A DNA stretch of 21,469 bases from Halalkalibacterium halodurans (GCF_004376175.1 NZ_SNUY01000034.1:1-21469); one strand, 5' to 3'. Counted from the first letter of the stretch, positions 8,820 through 17,131 are shown. Notes: generated from the letters alone by a model not told the origin. Numbers and translations are program-made.

Positions 8820-9176
8820 CTATTCTTTTCGAGTTTGCTGTGAATTTTCTTCTTCTGAATGGAGACGGTCCTCACGACTCTTATGCTCTTCCATCTCTTG
8901 CCTGATTTCTTCTCGCATTTGCAGTCGTAATAATTCATTTGCATTATCCCTCGGTTTTACTTGGCTGTACACTCCGCTAGCAGTTAACCCGATGATTAGT
9001 GCAATAATGACCTGCTCTCCCCATTCTTTCGGCAAAAACCAAAGAACCGAAGCAATTGCAACAGCAAGCAGCGAACGATAATTTTTATCCATATTCACCG
9101 CATTGCCGACGACGGTCACAAGGGCTGCCACCACCGCGGCTATTGTTGCAATGTCGAGAATAAATACATCCTGCAT
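8820..9176 (-). CDS. Small membrane protein (3 predicted TM helices plus a highly charged C-terminal tail), function unknown
   Basis: The ORF track gives 8820-9218. The better start is ATG 9176 (MQDVFILDIATIAAVV…), with AAGGAGG 8 nt upstream. Three hydrophobic segments are followed by RLQMREEIRQEMEEHKSREDRLHSEEENSQQTRKE. Confidence 0.6.
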   Translation of the reverse strand: MQDVFILDIATIAAVVAALVTVVGNAVNMDKNYRSLLAVAIASVLWFLPKEWGEQVIIALIIGLTASGVYSQVKPRDNANELLRLQMREEIRQEMEEHKSREDRLHSEEENSQQTRKE

Positions 9177-9339
9177 GCTAAAAGCCTCCTTAAGCCGATG
9201 CTTCTGTATCGTATGCATCTCTCACTTAAAGGGGAACCTTTTAGGAAAACTTAGCTAAAGCTAAGCCTTAATGGCAGAACATTACTTCCCTTAAGATGTA
9301 TAGCTAATTTTATTTAAAAAGTGTCACATTTATCATTTT

Positions 9340-9380
9340 TTAATAATAGTATAGACTATTCATTTAAATGTGTTATACTA
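9340..9380 (+). promoter_or_regulatory. Putative pckA promoter with a CcpN-type operator overlapping the -10
   Basis: There is an extended -10, TGTTATACT (9371-9379). TGTGTTATACT (9369-9379) fits the CcpN consensus TRTGHYATAYW as I recall it. A weaker second copy, AGTGTCACATT, lies about 45 nt upstream. Confidence 0.45.
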
Positions 9381-9424
9381 AATAAAAATCATGACATTCT
9401 TTTTAGGAAGAGGGGTCTGCTTGC

Positions 9425-11008
9425 ATGAATACGATATCAACTACAACACGTCTTGAACAATTGCTGGGCGACCAGCACGTCTTAAAAAATGCACCAGCTT
9501 CTACTTTAGTGGAGAAATCATTGCTTCGTGGCGAAGGAAGGCTGACTGATACTGGTGCGTTAACAGTAGCTACAGGGGCTTATACAGGACGCTCACCAAA
9601 AGATAAATTTATCGTGGATGAGACTTCTGTCCATGAAAAAATCGAATGGGGACAAGTCAACCAAGCCATTGAAAAGGAAACGTTTCTACATTTATACGAA
9701 AAAGTTCTTACGTACTTAGCTGATAAAGATGAATTGTTTGAATTTCGCGGTTTTGCAGGGGCTGACAAGACGTATCGTCTTCCCCTTCAAGTCGTAAACG
9801 AATTTGCATGGCACAATTTATTCGCTCAACAGCTGTTCATTCAGCCAACAACTGAAGAGTTAACGCAACATACACCTGAGTTTACAATCGTCTCAGCGCC
9901 AGGTTTTAAAGCTGATCCGTCGGTAGATGGCACACGATCGGAAGCATTTGTGATCATCTCGTTTGAAGAGCGTATCGTCCTTATTGGTGGAACGGAATAC
10001 GCAGGAGAAATGAAAAAGTCAATTTTTTCTGTTATGAACTACCTCCTTCCAGAGCAAGATGTCTTATCGATGCATTGTTCAGCCAATGTTGGGGTAGAAG
10101 GTGATGTCGCTCTATTTTTCGGGTTGTCGGGTACAGGAAAAACAACCCTATCAGCTGATCCAAACCGCAAACTCATCGGTGATGATGAGCATGGCTGGTC
10201 GGAGCGTGGCGTTTTTAACATTGAAGGCGGCTGCTATGCCAAATGTGTTAACCTATCCTACGAAAAAGAACCGCAAATTTGGAATGCGATCCGCTTTGGC
10301 TCCGTTCTTGAAAATGTCATCGTTGACGAAAAAACAGGGCTACCGGATTACAACGATACATCGTTAACCGAAAATACACGGGCAGCTTATTCTCTTGAAG
10401 CGATTCCAAACAGTGTGATCCCAAGCGTCGCAGGTCATCCGAACACGATTATTTTTTTGACGGCTGATGCCTTTGGCGTGCTGCCTCCAATAAGCAAACT
10501 TACTCCTGAACAAGCGATGTACCATTTCTTATCAGGATACACGAGCAAGCTTGCTGGAACGGAACGAGGGGTCACGTCACCTGAAGCGACATTCTCCACT
10601 TGCTTTGGCGCACCGTTTTTACCATTACCAGCAGCTCGATATGCGGAGATGCTAGGGGAGAAAATAGCCCAATACGAAGTTCAAGTGTTCCTCGTTAATA
10701 CCGGTTGGTCAGGAGGACCTTACGGTGTCGGTCAACGCATGAAGCTCAGCTACACACGGGCGATGGTTCAAGCAGCTCTTCAAGGGGAATTAAATACGGT
10801 TGAAACGATCACCGATTCGGTATTTGGCCTGCATATCCCAACGCGTTGTCCTGCGGTACCAGACTTTGTCCTCCAGCCTCGAAACACATGGGACGACAAA
10901 GAAAAGTATGACGAAAAAGCACAGGAGCTCGCAAAGCAATTTATCGAAAATTTTAAACGGTTCACGAACGTAAGTGAAGCGATTCAAAAAGCAGGACCAA
11001 GTATTTAG
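9425..11008 (+). CDS. pckA: Phosphoenolpyruvate carboxykinase (ATP)
   Basis: The 527-aa product has the kinase-1a loop [11 protein letters not shown], plus IGDDEHGW and [10 protein letters not shown], which are typical of ATP-dependent PEPCK. Confidence 0.97.
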   Translation: MNTISTTTRLEQLLGDQHVLKNAPASTLVEKSLLRGEGRLTDTGALTVATGAYTGRSPKDKFIVDETSVHEKIEWGQVNQAIEKETFLHLYEKVLTYLADKDELFEFRGFAGADKTYRLPLQVVNEFAWHNLFAQQLFIQPTTEELTQHTPEFTIVSAPGFKADPSVDGTRSEAFVIISFEERIVLIGGTEYAGEMKKSIFSVMNYLLPEQDVLSMHCSANVGVEGDVALFFGLSGTGKTTLSADPNRKLIGDDEHGWSERGVFNIEGGCYAKCVNLSYEKEPQIWNAIRFGSVLENVIVDEKTGLPDYNDTSLTENTRAAYSLEAIPNSVIPSVAGHPNTIIFLTADAFGVLPPISKLTPEQAMYHFLSGYTSKLAGTERGVTSPEATFSTCFGAPFLPLPAARYAEMLGEKIAQYEVQVFLVNTGWSGGPYGVGQRMKLSYTRAMVQAALQGELNTVETITDSVFGLHIPTRCPAVPDFVLQPRNTWDDKEKYDEKAQELAKQFIENFKRFTNVSEAIQKAGPSI

Positions 11009-11017
11009 CCATTACAG

Positions 11018-11053
11018 AATGACCTCGGCAAACATTAGTTGCCGAGGTCATTC
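11018..11053 (+). terminator. Strong hairpin just after pckA, with no U-tail
   Basis: A 15-bp perfect stem pairs gaatgacctcggcaa (11018-11032) with ttgccgaggtcattc (11039-11053). It is followed by aagcgaaac, not a T-run. Confidence 0.45.
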
Positions 11054-11248
11054 AAGCGAAACGACAGGTCCTTCTATTCCAGAATCATGTTGACAGCCAA
11101 AACCTTGTCCTTAAAAGGGATTGGCTCTAATGGTATCTTTTAATGCTCTATATTTCTTTCATTCATCCTATCAAAAATAACTAGGCTATAAACGAGAGAA
11201 AATTTAGATCTTGTCTTGTAATATTTCTCTACAATTCCAAAAGGTAAT

Positions 11249-11281
11249 ACCACCTGTCGGTCATTTGACAGGTGGTTTTTA
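11249..11281. terminator. Hairpin with a T-run between the convergent pckA and HxlR-family genes; a possible bidirectional terminator
   Basis: accacctgtc (11249-11258) pairs with gacaggtggt (11267-11276). It is followed by ttttt on the plus strand and by attaccttttgg on the minus strand. Confidence 0.55.
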
Positions 11282-11338
11282 TATAAAAGCAAAGCGTATA
11301 GCGGTAATGTTTCATCTATGAGACAGTCAAAGAAGTGT

Positions 11339-11662
11339 TTATGAGGGCTCCTCTACATCTAGCCATTCTTGAGACCATGCTTCGACTTTTTTTAAGACCG
11401 GTTCCAGCGCTAATCCTTTTTCCGTTAAGGAATATTCAATCCGAACAGGCGTCTCCGGATATACGTCACGTTTAACAATCCCGTGCTGCTCCAAATCCTT
11501 CAATCTTTCGGAAAGCACTCGACCGCTTATCGGAAGAGACGACTCAATTGCCCTGAAGCGCTGTGGCCCTGATAGTAATTGATAAATGATCAAGCCCGTC
11601 CACCGTTGACTTAGAATCGTAATCGCTTTTTCAAATCGCGGACACAAGTTCGACTGATTCAT
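11339..11662 (-). CDS. HxlR (MarR/DUF24) family transcriptional regulator, YodB/CatR-like
   Basis: The 107-aa product has the conserved N-terminal Cys (NLCPRFEKAITILSQRWTGLIIYQL) and the wHTH RFRAIESSLPISGRVLSERLKDLEQHGIVKR…RIEYSLTEKG. RBS is GAGGTGAG. It is divergent from the DoxX/dioxygenase pair. Confidence 0.85.
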   Translation of the reverse strand: MNQSNLCPRFEKAITILSQRWTGLIIYQLLSGPQRFRAIESSLPISGRVLSERLKDLEQHGIVKRDVYPETPVRIEYSLTEKGLALEPVLKKVEAWSQEWLDVEEPS

Positions 11663-11727
11663 TTTAACTCACCTCTACTGTTATCTTATCCCATACTAAA
11701 GCTGATTACAAATTTAACGAAATGTAC

Positions 11728-11772
11728 TTGACCGTCATTTAATTATGATTATATACTTACTTACACAAAGTA
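11728..11772 (+). promoter_or_regulatory. Putative promoter and operator of the DoxX-dioxygenase operon
   Basis: TTGACC (11728-11733) is followed after 17-18 nt by ATATAC/TATACT (11751-11757). Immediately downstream is the inverted repeat TACT-N7-AGTA (tacttacacaaagta, 11758-11772), which resembles YodB/CatR boxes as I recall them. Confidence 0.4.
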
Positions 11773-11810
11773 ATTAATTAACTTTAATTTCATAGGAGGA
11801 ATACAATCAT

Positions 11811-12200
11811 ATGCTAACAAAAGAAGAAATCGGCATACTACTTTTACGTTTATTTTTAGGAGTCACATTTTTCATTCACGGTCTCGTGAAATTTCAAGAC
11901 GGGATCGGTCAGACGGTAGGATTTTTTGATAGCATCGGAATTCCTGGCTTTCTTGCCTATGTGGTAGCAATTGTAGAGCTTGTCGGGGGATTAGCCGTTC
12001 TATTAGGTGTTGGGACAAAATATGTTTCCATTTTATTCGCTATCATTATGGTTGGCGCGATTGCGACGGTCAAATGGCCTGCAGGATTCTTAGGTGGATA
12101 TGAACTAGATGTTGCCTTGCTCGCCATTTCTGTTTATTTTGCACTCGCAAAAACGGCTCCTTTAGCATTGGATAACATTCTTTTTACATCCAAAAAATAA
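11811..12200 (+). CDS. catD: DoxX-family membrane protein (CatD/MhqP-like)
   Basis: The 129-aa product has 4 TM segments and the DoxX pattern LLLRLFLGVTFFIHGLVKF…GIPGFLAYVVAIVELVGGLAVLLG. It lies directly upstream of a CatE-like dioxygenase, in the same order as B. subtilis catDE. Confidence 0.7.
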   Translation: MLTKEEIGILLLRLFLGVTFFIHGLVKFQDGIGQTVGFFDSIGIPGFLAYVVAIVELVGGLAVLLGVGTKYVSILFAIIMVGAIATVKWPAGFLGGYELDVALLAISVYFALAKTAPLALDNILFTSKK

Positions 12201-12223
12201 GCAAAAAAAGACTGGAGGCACTT

Positions 12224-13087
12224 ATGATGGCGTTCCACCGTCAGCCAAACACCTTTGTCGATCTAGTGAACATTAAGGTAAGTGATTTATCACGTGCGTT
12301 AACGTTTTATCAAGAAATCATTGGCTTTCAAGTGTTAGAGCGCTCGGAGCGATCGGCTACCCTTACAGCAAACGGTCGTACGCCTCTTTTAGTTATAGAG
12401 CAACCAGATCCGGTGATTGCAAAACAACCACGAACCACAGGACTTTATCACTTTGCCCTATTATTGCCGAGCCGTGCTGATTTAGGGAGATTTCTCAACC
12501 ATTTGCTACAATCAGGGTACCCATTGCAAGGGGCATCTGACCACCTTGTGAGCGAAGCGATTTATTTTGCTGATCCGGATGGGAATGGAGTTGAAGTGTA
12601 TGCCGATCGGCCGTCTTCATCATGGGATTGGAGCAACGGGGAAGTCAAGATGAGTACCGAACCAATCCATGCGGAGAACTTACTAGCCGAAGGCAAAGAT
12701 GAGCCTTGGACGGCACTCCCCCCTGAAACAATCTTGGGGCATATTCATCTCCACGTGGCAAATTTGTTCGAGGCTGAAACTTTTTACATTGAAGGATTAG
12801 GGTTTAACGTTGTTGCCCGATTAGGGAATCAAGCTTTGTTCATTTCGACCGGCAACTATCATCACCATATAGGCTTAAACACGTGGAACGGTGTAGGTGC
12901 CCCTACGCCTCCTGAACATAGCGTTGGCCTGAAGTGGTTTTCACTTACGTATCCGAGTGAAGAGGTTAGGGCAAAAACGGTCAATCGACTAGAAACGATC
13001 GGGTTTCAAGTCGAACGGAAGCATGGTGAAGAATGGGTGATCGATCCTTCAGGCAATCATATTCGTCTACTTGTAGATGCCTCCTAA
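12224..13087 (+). CDS. catE: Two-domain VOC/glyoxalase-fold ring-cleaving (catechol 2,3-) dioxygenase, CatE/MhqA-like
   Basis: The 287-aa product shows TGLYHFALLLP, SEAIYFADPDGNGVEVYADRP, GHIHLHVANL and GNYHHHIGLNTWNG, the metal-ligand His/Glu pattern of the CatE/Mhq family. RBS GGAGG lies 5 nt before the ATG. Confidence 0.75.
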   Translation: MMAFHRQPNTFVDLVNIKVSDLSRALTFYQEIIGFQVLERSERSATLTANGRTPLLVIEQPDPVIAKQPRTTGLYHFALLLPSRADLGRFLNHLLQSGYPLQGASDHLVSEAIYFADPDGNGVEVYADRPSSSWDWSNGEVKMSTEPIHAENLLAEGKDEPWTALPPETILGHIHLHVANLFEAETFYIEGLGFNVVARLGNQALFISTGNYHHHIGLNTWNGVGAPTPPEHSVGLKWFSLTYPSEEVRAKTVNRLETIGFQVERKHGEEWVIDPSGNHIRLLVDAS

Positions 13088-13105
13088 TCATTTTCTTATT
13101 TAAAG

Positions 13106-13137
13106 CAACGAGACCTCTTGTTAAGAAGGTCTCGTTG
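13106..13137. terminator. Bidirectional terminator hairpin shared by the convergent dioxygenase and hydrolase genes
   Basis: caacgagacc (13106-13115) pairs with ggtctcgttg (13128-13137), flanked by T-rich and A-rich sequence. It overlaps the hydrolase stop codon. Confidence 0.65.
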
Positions 13138-13957
13138 GTTGTGTATTATGCTGCTTCATCCAATTCGCGGCTTTCGTCAATATTTTTCGATGTTCTTGGG
13201 CGGGAAATTGATGCGAGTATGCTGGGAAATACCAAGCTTCATACGGCTTCCCTTCTTCTATTAGCCGTGCTTCCAACCGTCTCGCATGCTCAAACGATAC
13301 ATGCTCGTCTAACTTCCCGTGAACAATTAATACAGGAGCAGTGATAAGAGCGATTTCATGTAACGGTGTTCGCGCCGCATAAGCAGCGGGCTTTTTCCCA
13401 GGGGTACCGCCAATGACACGTTTCATCATCCGCCTTAAATCAACCCGCTCCTCATACGTAAGAACCATATCAGATACACCATTCCATGTTGTGACAGAGG
13501 CTACCGGTCGGTAAATGCCACAAAGGAGAGCCATCACTCCGCCACGAGAAAAACCGAAAACATGAATTTGTGACGGGATCACATTCGGATGTTCTGCTAG
13601 CAGGTCAAACGCAGCAAAGGCATCTTCTCGATCCACTCCAGCAAAGTCCTCCTGACCTTCCCCACCCCAATTTCCTCGATAAAAAGGAGCGACGACAATA
13701 AACCCTTCCATTGCCCACTGAATCATACGTGCTGGTCGAACCATCCCGACTCGCTTAATCCCCCCTCGTAAATACAACAAACCAGGCAGTGGTTCTTCTG
13801 TCTTTGGCTCTGCCATATATCCTTTTACAATTAGTCCTCCCACCTCATACGAAATAAGGGATAGACGGATATGGGGACTGGGAGACGGAACGAACTGCTT
13901 TTTGAGTAACTTTGTCAATGGTGTCGTCCTTTCCTCAATTATAATCACTGTTATCAT
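13121..13957 (-). CDS. Alpha/beta hydrolase of the S9 peptidase / dienelactone-hydrolase type (YtmA-like)
   Basis: It has the nucleophile elbow GFSRGG, acid and His motifs (LIVHGKLDEHV, AYSHQF) and PFYRGNWGGEG. The start is uncertain: ATG 13957 has a poor RBS, and an in-frame TTG about 12 codons downstream follows GAGGAAAGG. Confidence 0.75.
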   Translation of the reverse strand: MITVIIIEERTTPLTKLLKKQFVPSPSPHIRLSLISYEVGGLIVKGYMAEPKTEEPLPGLLYLRGGIKRVGMVRPARMIQWAMEGFIVVAPFYRGNWGGEGQEDFAGVDREDAFAAFDLLAEHPNVIPSQIHVFGFSRGGVMALLCGIYRPVASVTTWNGVSDMVLTYEERVDLRRMMKRVIGGTPGKKPAAYAARTPLHEIALITAPVLIVHGKLDEHVSFEHARRLEARLIEEGKPYEAWYFPAYSHQFPAQEHRKILTKAANWMKQHNTQPTRPS

Positions 13958-13986
13958 ACAAAATTTTTTTCAACCTTCCAAACCAT

Positions 13987-14040
13987 TCACCTAATCGTTT
14001 GCTTCTTGTTGTCGTTCAATGCTCTTCCTTTCTCACTCAT
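13987..14040 (-). CDS. Candidate 17-aa upstream small ORF (MSEKGRALNDNKKQTIR)
   Basis: The ATG at 14040 is preceded by a perfect SD, GAAAGGAGGA, with 8-nt spacing. The TGA stop is at 13987, 30 nt upstream of the hydrolase ORF. There is no homology evidence. Confidence 0.25.
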   Translation of the reverse strand: MSEKGRALNDNKKQTIR

Positions 14041-14075
14041 ACGTACGTTCCTCCTTTCACCCTCCACCTTACTTG

Positions 14076-14090
14076 TTGACGTAACGTCAA
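14076..14090. promoter_or_regulatory. Perfect 7-1-7 palindrome TTGACGT-A-ACGTCAA, a candidate operator in the hydrolase upstream region
   Basis: ttgacgtaacgtcaa equals its own reverse complement except for the central base. It is flanked by cttg/caag. It contains a TTGAC -35-like hexamer on both strands. Confidence 0.35.
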
Positions 14091-14147
14091 GGGCAAGACC
14101 TTTTATTTAGAATAGAACATTTTATAGAAAGATGAAAAAAGCACCTG

Positions 14148-14621
14148 TTAAAACAGCTGCTTTCGTTTTAAGTAATCTAGTGTTTTTCTTAGCACAAGGT
14201 CTTTCATAATAAAGCTGAAGGAGGGATCTTTTTCGATCGCTTCTGGTAGCTCAGCTATCTTTACCGGACCGTTTGTTTCATAGTAAGAGTTCCGGTTGCT
14301 AAGGACTTGCACGTCCGCAGCATAAATGTTTTTTACGATCCGCTCGCTAGGAAGGGTCACCTCATACTGACCGAGAAAAGTAAGAGAACGAACGGTCGCT
14401 CCCGTCTCTTCTTTTACTTCTCGTATAGCCGCGGCTTCTGGTGTTTCTCCATGTTCGACTTTTCCGCCTGGGAACTCCAATCCACGTTTTTTATGATTCG
14501 TTAGTAACCATTGACCATCCATGTGACAGATGACCCAAACGTGTCGGGGATTTATCGAAAAAGGAGTCGAATCAAAGGCAAGCCGTACGGGATAACCGTA
14601 ATAATCGTTGAATACGTCCAT
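14148..14621 (-). CDS. ytkD: NUDIX hydrolase, YtkD-like nucleoside triphosphatase
   Basis: It has the NUDIX box GGKVEHGETPEAAAIREVKEETGA (GX5EX7REUXEEXGU). Length is 157 aa, similar to B. subtilis YtkD. RBS AAGGAGCG lies upstream of the ATG. Confidence 0.75.
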   Translation of the reverse strand: MDVFNDYYGYPVRLAFDSTPFSINPRHVWVICHMDGQWLLTNHKKRGLEFPGGKVEHGETPEAAAIREVKEETGATVRSLTFLGQYEVTLPSERIVKNIYAADVQVLSNRNSYYETNGPVKIAELPEAIEKDPSFSFIMKDLVLRKTLDYLKRKQLF

Positions 14622-14690
14622 GAGACACGCTCCTTGCGTCTAAGTAGCTGTCTATAAGTATAGCGAATTCGTTTAGATTTGACTATTCCC

Positions 14691-15902
14691 TTAGCTCCAT
14701 GTAGGCTTGACCCCTTCCTCCGGCCGAATCGCCCATAAAATGAGAAGCATCGTAAGAAAAGCAGTGATCGCATTGACCATAAATGTGATACTATGGGATG
14801 TTTTCATGAGTAAGGCAAAAAGCGGCGGGCCAAACGCAACACCAACAAATCGCATGCTGTTGTATAAGGAAGTGATCGTTCCCCTCTGTTCTTTGTGAAT
14901 TCCTTCTGTCACGAGAGCATCCAGACTAGGAAGCGTCATCCCGATTCCGATTCCGCTAATAAAAAGCCCTGCGAGCAATACATAGATACTCTCAGAAAAA
15001 ATAATCCACGCGGTCGATGCGGTTAGTAATGCTAAACCTAACACGCTCATCCATTTCATCTTCGCTTTATCCTCTTCAATCCAGCGCCCTGTTGCCAGCG
15101 ACGCTATACAAAGAGCGGCCAACGGAATTGCTAAAACAATCCCCTTTTTGACACCTTCAATTTGATAGCGCTCTTCCAGCATCGTCGACAAATAAAAAAG
15201 AATGCCAAATAAGAGAAACATGCAAATACAGCCGACAACAAACACTGCGAACAACCAGCGACCTTCTCGCTTAAAAATCGTTTTAATCGTTTGAATAAAC
15301 GTCTGAAAAGGAACAGGCTCCTTCGTCTCTTTTTCCGTTTTCACAAGAAAGAGCATAAGTAAAATAGAGAACAGGCAAAAAAGAGGAATCGCCCAAAACG
15401 GAAGATACCATACAATCGTCGCTAAATATGCGCCTAAAATCGGGCTTAATACTTTTCCGAATGTATTTGATGTTTCAATAATTCCGAGCCCTCGGCTGAC
15501 TTCTTTTTCTTGTTGAAACAAGTCACCGACTAACGGCATGACGATTGGGGCAGCCCCTGCAGCACCGATTCCTTGCAACAGTCTTCCGACAAGGATCATC
15601 GTATAAGGCGAAGAAGACTTCCATGCAGCAAAGCCAGAGATAACACCTCCGATTGCAGCAAGGATTAAACTCGGAATAATGACCTTCTTTCGCCCGATGA
15701 TGTCTGACAAATAACCAGCGATAGGAATGAAGATAATGGCGACGACTGAGTAAACTGTGATCAACAAGCTCACTTGCAATGAGCTTATGTCGAGCTCACG
15801 TTCTATGATAGGAAGCACGGGGATCAACATGGAGTTACCGAGCGTCATCACAAGAGGAATTGAAGCTAATGACATAAGCGCCCATGTTTTCTTGTCCTTC
15901 AT
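14691..15902 (-). CDS. MFS transporter (12-TM, drug:H+ antiporter-like)
   Basis: MFS motif A is present (GYLSDIIGRKKVI), with 12 hydrophobic segments. The preferred start is ATG 15902 (MKDKKTWALMS…), preceded by AAGAGGAGAG, rather than the ORF-track start at 15938. Confidence 0.85.
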   Translation of the reverse strand: MKDKKTWALMSLASIPLVMTLGNSMLIPVLPIIERELDISSLQVSLLITVYSVVAIIFIPIAGYLSDIIGRKKVIIPSLILAAIGGVISGFAAWKSSSPYTMILVGRLLQGIGAAGAAPIVMPLVGDLFQQEKEVSRGLGIIETSNTFGKVLSPILGAYLATIVWYLPFWAIPLFCLFSILLMLFLVKTEKETKEPVPFQTFIQTIKTIFKREGRWLFAVFVVGCICMFLLFGILFYLSTMLEERYQIEGVKKGIVLAIPLAALCIASLATGRWIEEDKAKMKWMSVLGLALLTASTAWIIFSESIYVLLAGLFISGIGIGMTLPSLDALVTEGIHKEQRGTITSLYNSMRFVGVAFGPPLFALLMKTSHSITFMVNAITAFLTMLLILWAIRPEEGVKPTWS

Positions 15903-15995
15903 CAACTGCTCTCCTCTTTTCCGTTGTTTCATAATCACTACATCGTTAGTATGGGGGCATTAAAGCGTTCTATGCATGATTAGTAAAAGTGCAAA

Positions 15996-16023
15996 AGCGT
16001 CCATTCCTTTTGAAATGGACGCT
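15996..16023 (-). terminator. Terminator of the 162-aa hypothetical gene
   Basis: A 10-bp stem pairs agcgtccatt (15996-16005) with aatggacgct (16014-16023). On the minus strand it is followed by ttttgcactttt. Confidence 0.65.
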
Positions 16024-16042
16024 GACGTTTTTGTCTACAAAA

Positions 16043-16531
16043 TCATAACCGATAGTGATCGCTCTCCTTTAAGGAACGGTACAATCCGTTTGACACGATA
16101 TTCGATTGGGTCTGTTGAGAGCCTTGTCTTGTTTTAAATTCATCAATTAATTCCTGGCCCATATACCCTTCATCGATGAGCTCTTTTAACATATGCTCGA
16201 CGACGTCTTCTTTTTGCAGTAATAACTTCCCTTCTAAAAGAACGCTCACTTGCTCTTTTAATGGTGTCATTTTCCGGACATGGGTGATCATCGTGGCCGG
16301 ATAGTTGTTCTTACTCGTAATCACAACTTCAACGATGACATCCCGATCCTGCTGTTTGATTTCTTGGAAAAAGGCCGCTTGCTCTTGTGACATAACCGCA
16401 TCGATGAGCCACATTTTTTTCTTGTTTTCCATGTTAATAATGAGCCCATCTTCAATGGATACGTCCACATGTTTAATCTCATCGCCCTCTTCTTTCCATA
16501 CATGAAGCGAATAAAGCTTAAACGTTTTCAT
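16043..16531 (-). CDS. Hypothetical cytoplasmic protein, 162 aa (possibly YwpF-like; unverified)
   Basis: The preferred start is ATG 16531 (MKTFKLYSLHVWKEEGDE…), with GGAGGG upstream. It has no TM segments and no motif I can name. The family guess comes only from the N-terminal MKTFKL pattern. Confidence 0.6.
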   Translation of the reverse strand: MKTFKLYSLHVWKEEGDEIKHVDVSIEDGLIINMENKKKMWLIDAVMSQEQAAFFQEIKQQDRDVIVEVVITSKNNYPATMITHVRKMTPLKEQVSVLLEGKLLLQKEDVVEHMLKELIDEGYMGQELIDEFKTRQGSQQTQSNIVSNGLYRSLKESDHYRL

Positions 16532-16828
16532 GGAAGCCCTCCTTTTCGTTACTCCAATTAAACCATATGTCCACAATCCCTGTCCAAAAAATTCGGCTTA
16601 TTTTACGTCCGCCATGCCCTCATGCTAAATCGTAACAAGGCTTAAAGCAACAAAAGCAAGAGGATTCCCGGTGAGCTTAGCGAACCGCTAATGACTGAAC
16701 GTAGACCACTATATGAGAAAGCCTTCGCCCTGCGCTAAATACCTTCGTTTATTTTTCTTAAAGTGTCAGCGACTCTTAATGGCGAGAACGACCGTTTTCT
16801 TTTATGAGAAGTTAACGTTTTTAAAGTG

Positions 16829-16865
16829 AAAAAAAGAGCTCATCTTCGTTTAGGAAAATGAGCTT
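16829..16865 (-). terminator. Rho-independent terminator after the 47-aa small gene
   Basis: On the minus strand, AGCTCAT…ATGAGCT forms a 7-8 bp stem (16836-16864) followed by TTTTTTT (plus-strand A-run 16829-16835). Confidence 0.65.
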
Positions 16866-16874
16866 AGCTTTTTA

Positions 16875-17018
16875 TCACGAACTTTTTTGCGAAAATTGTA
16901 GTTCTAATTGACGTTCCGATATCCATTGTATGAGTTCCAGCTCTTTGTTTGTCAGCTCACGATCAAGTTTACTTTGACACTCGTCCACTAAACTCTTTGT
17001 TAGTTCTTGCCTCATCAT
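16875..17018 (-). CDS. Small hypothetical protein, 47 aa (MMRQELTKSLVDECQSKLDRELTNKELELIQWISERQLELQFSQKSS); not in the ORF track
   Basis: ATG 17018 lies 8 nt after AAAGGAGAC. The frame is open to TGA at 16875 and is followed by a good terminator. The product is predicted helical. No family is recognised. Confidence 0.5.
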   Translation of the reverse strand: MMRQELTKSLVDECQSKLDRELTNKELELIQWISERQLELQFSQKSS

Positions 17019-17131
17019 GATCATGTCTCCTTTTAACCTGACTTGCTAAGACAAATGAACATCGCGCGAATTTCTTAAATAAAGATTCGTGATCTACTGC
17101 TGAAAACCCTTTCTTGTATAAAGAATTTTTT

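Noticed and set aside
11127-11165. GGCTCTAATGGTATC… as a possible solo ISL3 inverted-repeat remnant downstream of pckA
   Set aside because: Only the first 6-7 nt match the IS end at 7193 (GGCTCTATAATATT…). The similarity does not extend, so it is most likely chance.
13033-13344. ORF 13033-13344 (+), and similar antisense ORFs (8192-8536, 8812-9081, 14307-14504, 14707-14898, 16305-16505, 17402-17689, 19227-19616)
   Set aside because: All lie antisense to or out of frame with genes carrying clear family motifs. None has a convincing RBS.
14552-14773. ORF 14552-14773 (-) bridging the MFS 3' end and the ytkD 5' end
   Set aside because: It overlaps two well-supported genes out of frame. Its Arg/Leu-rich product looks like an alternative-frame artefact.
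16875-17018. Assigning the 47-aa small protein to the Spo0E phosphatase or SinI antirepressor families
   Set aside because: The QSKLD segment is only superficially like the Spo0E SQELD motif and lies at the wrong position. There is no SinI-like LD.EW helix-hook pattern. It is left as hypothetical.
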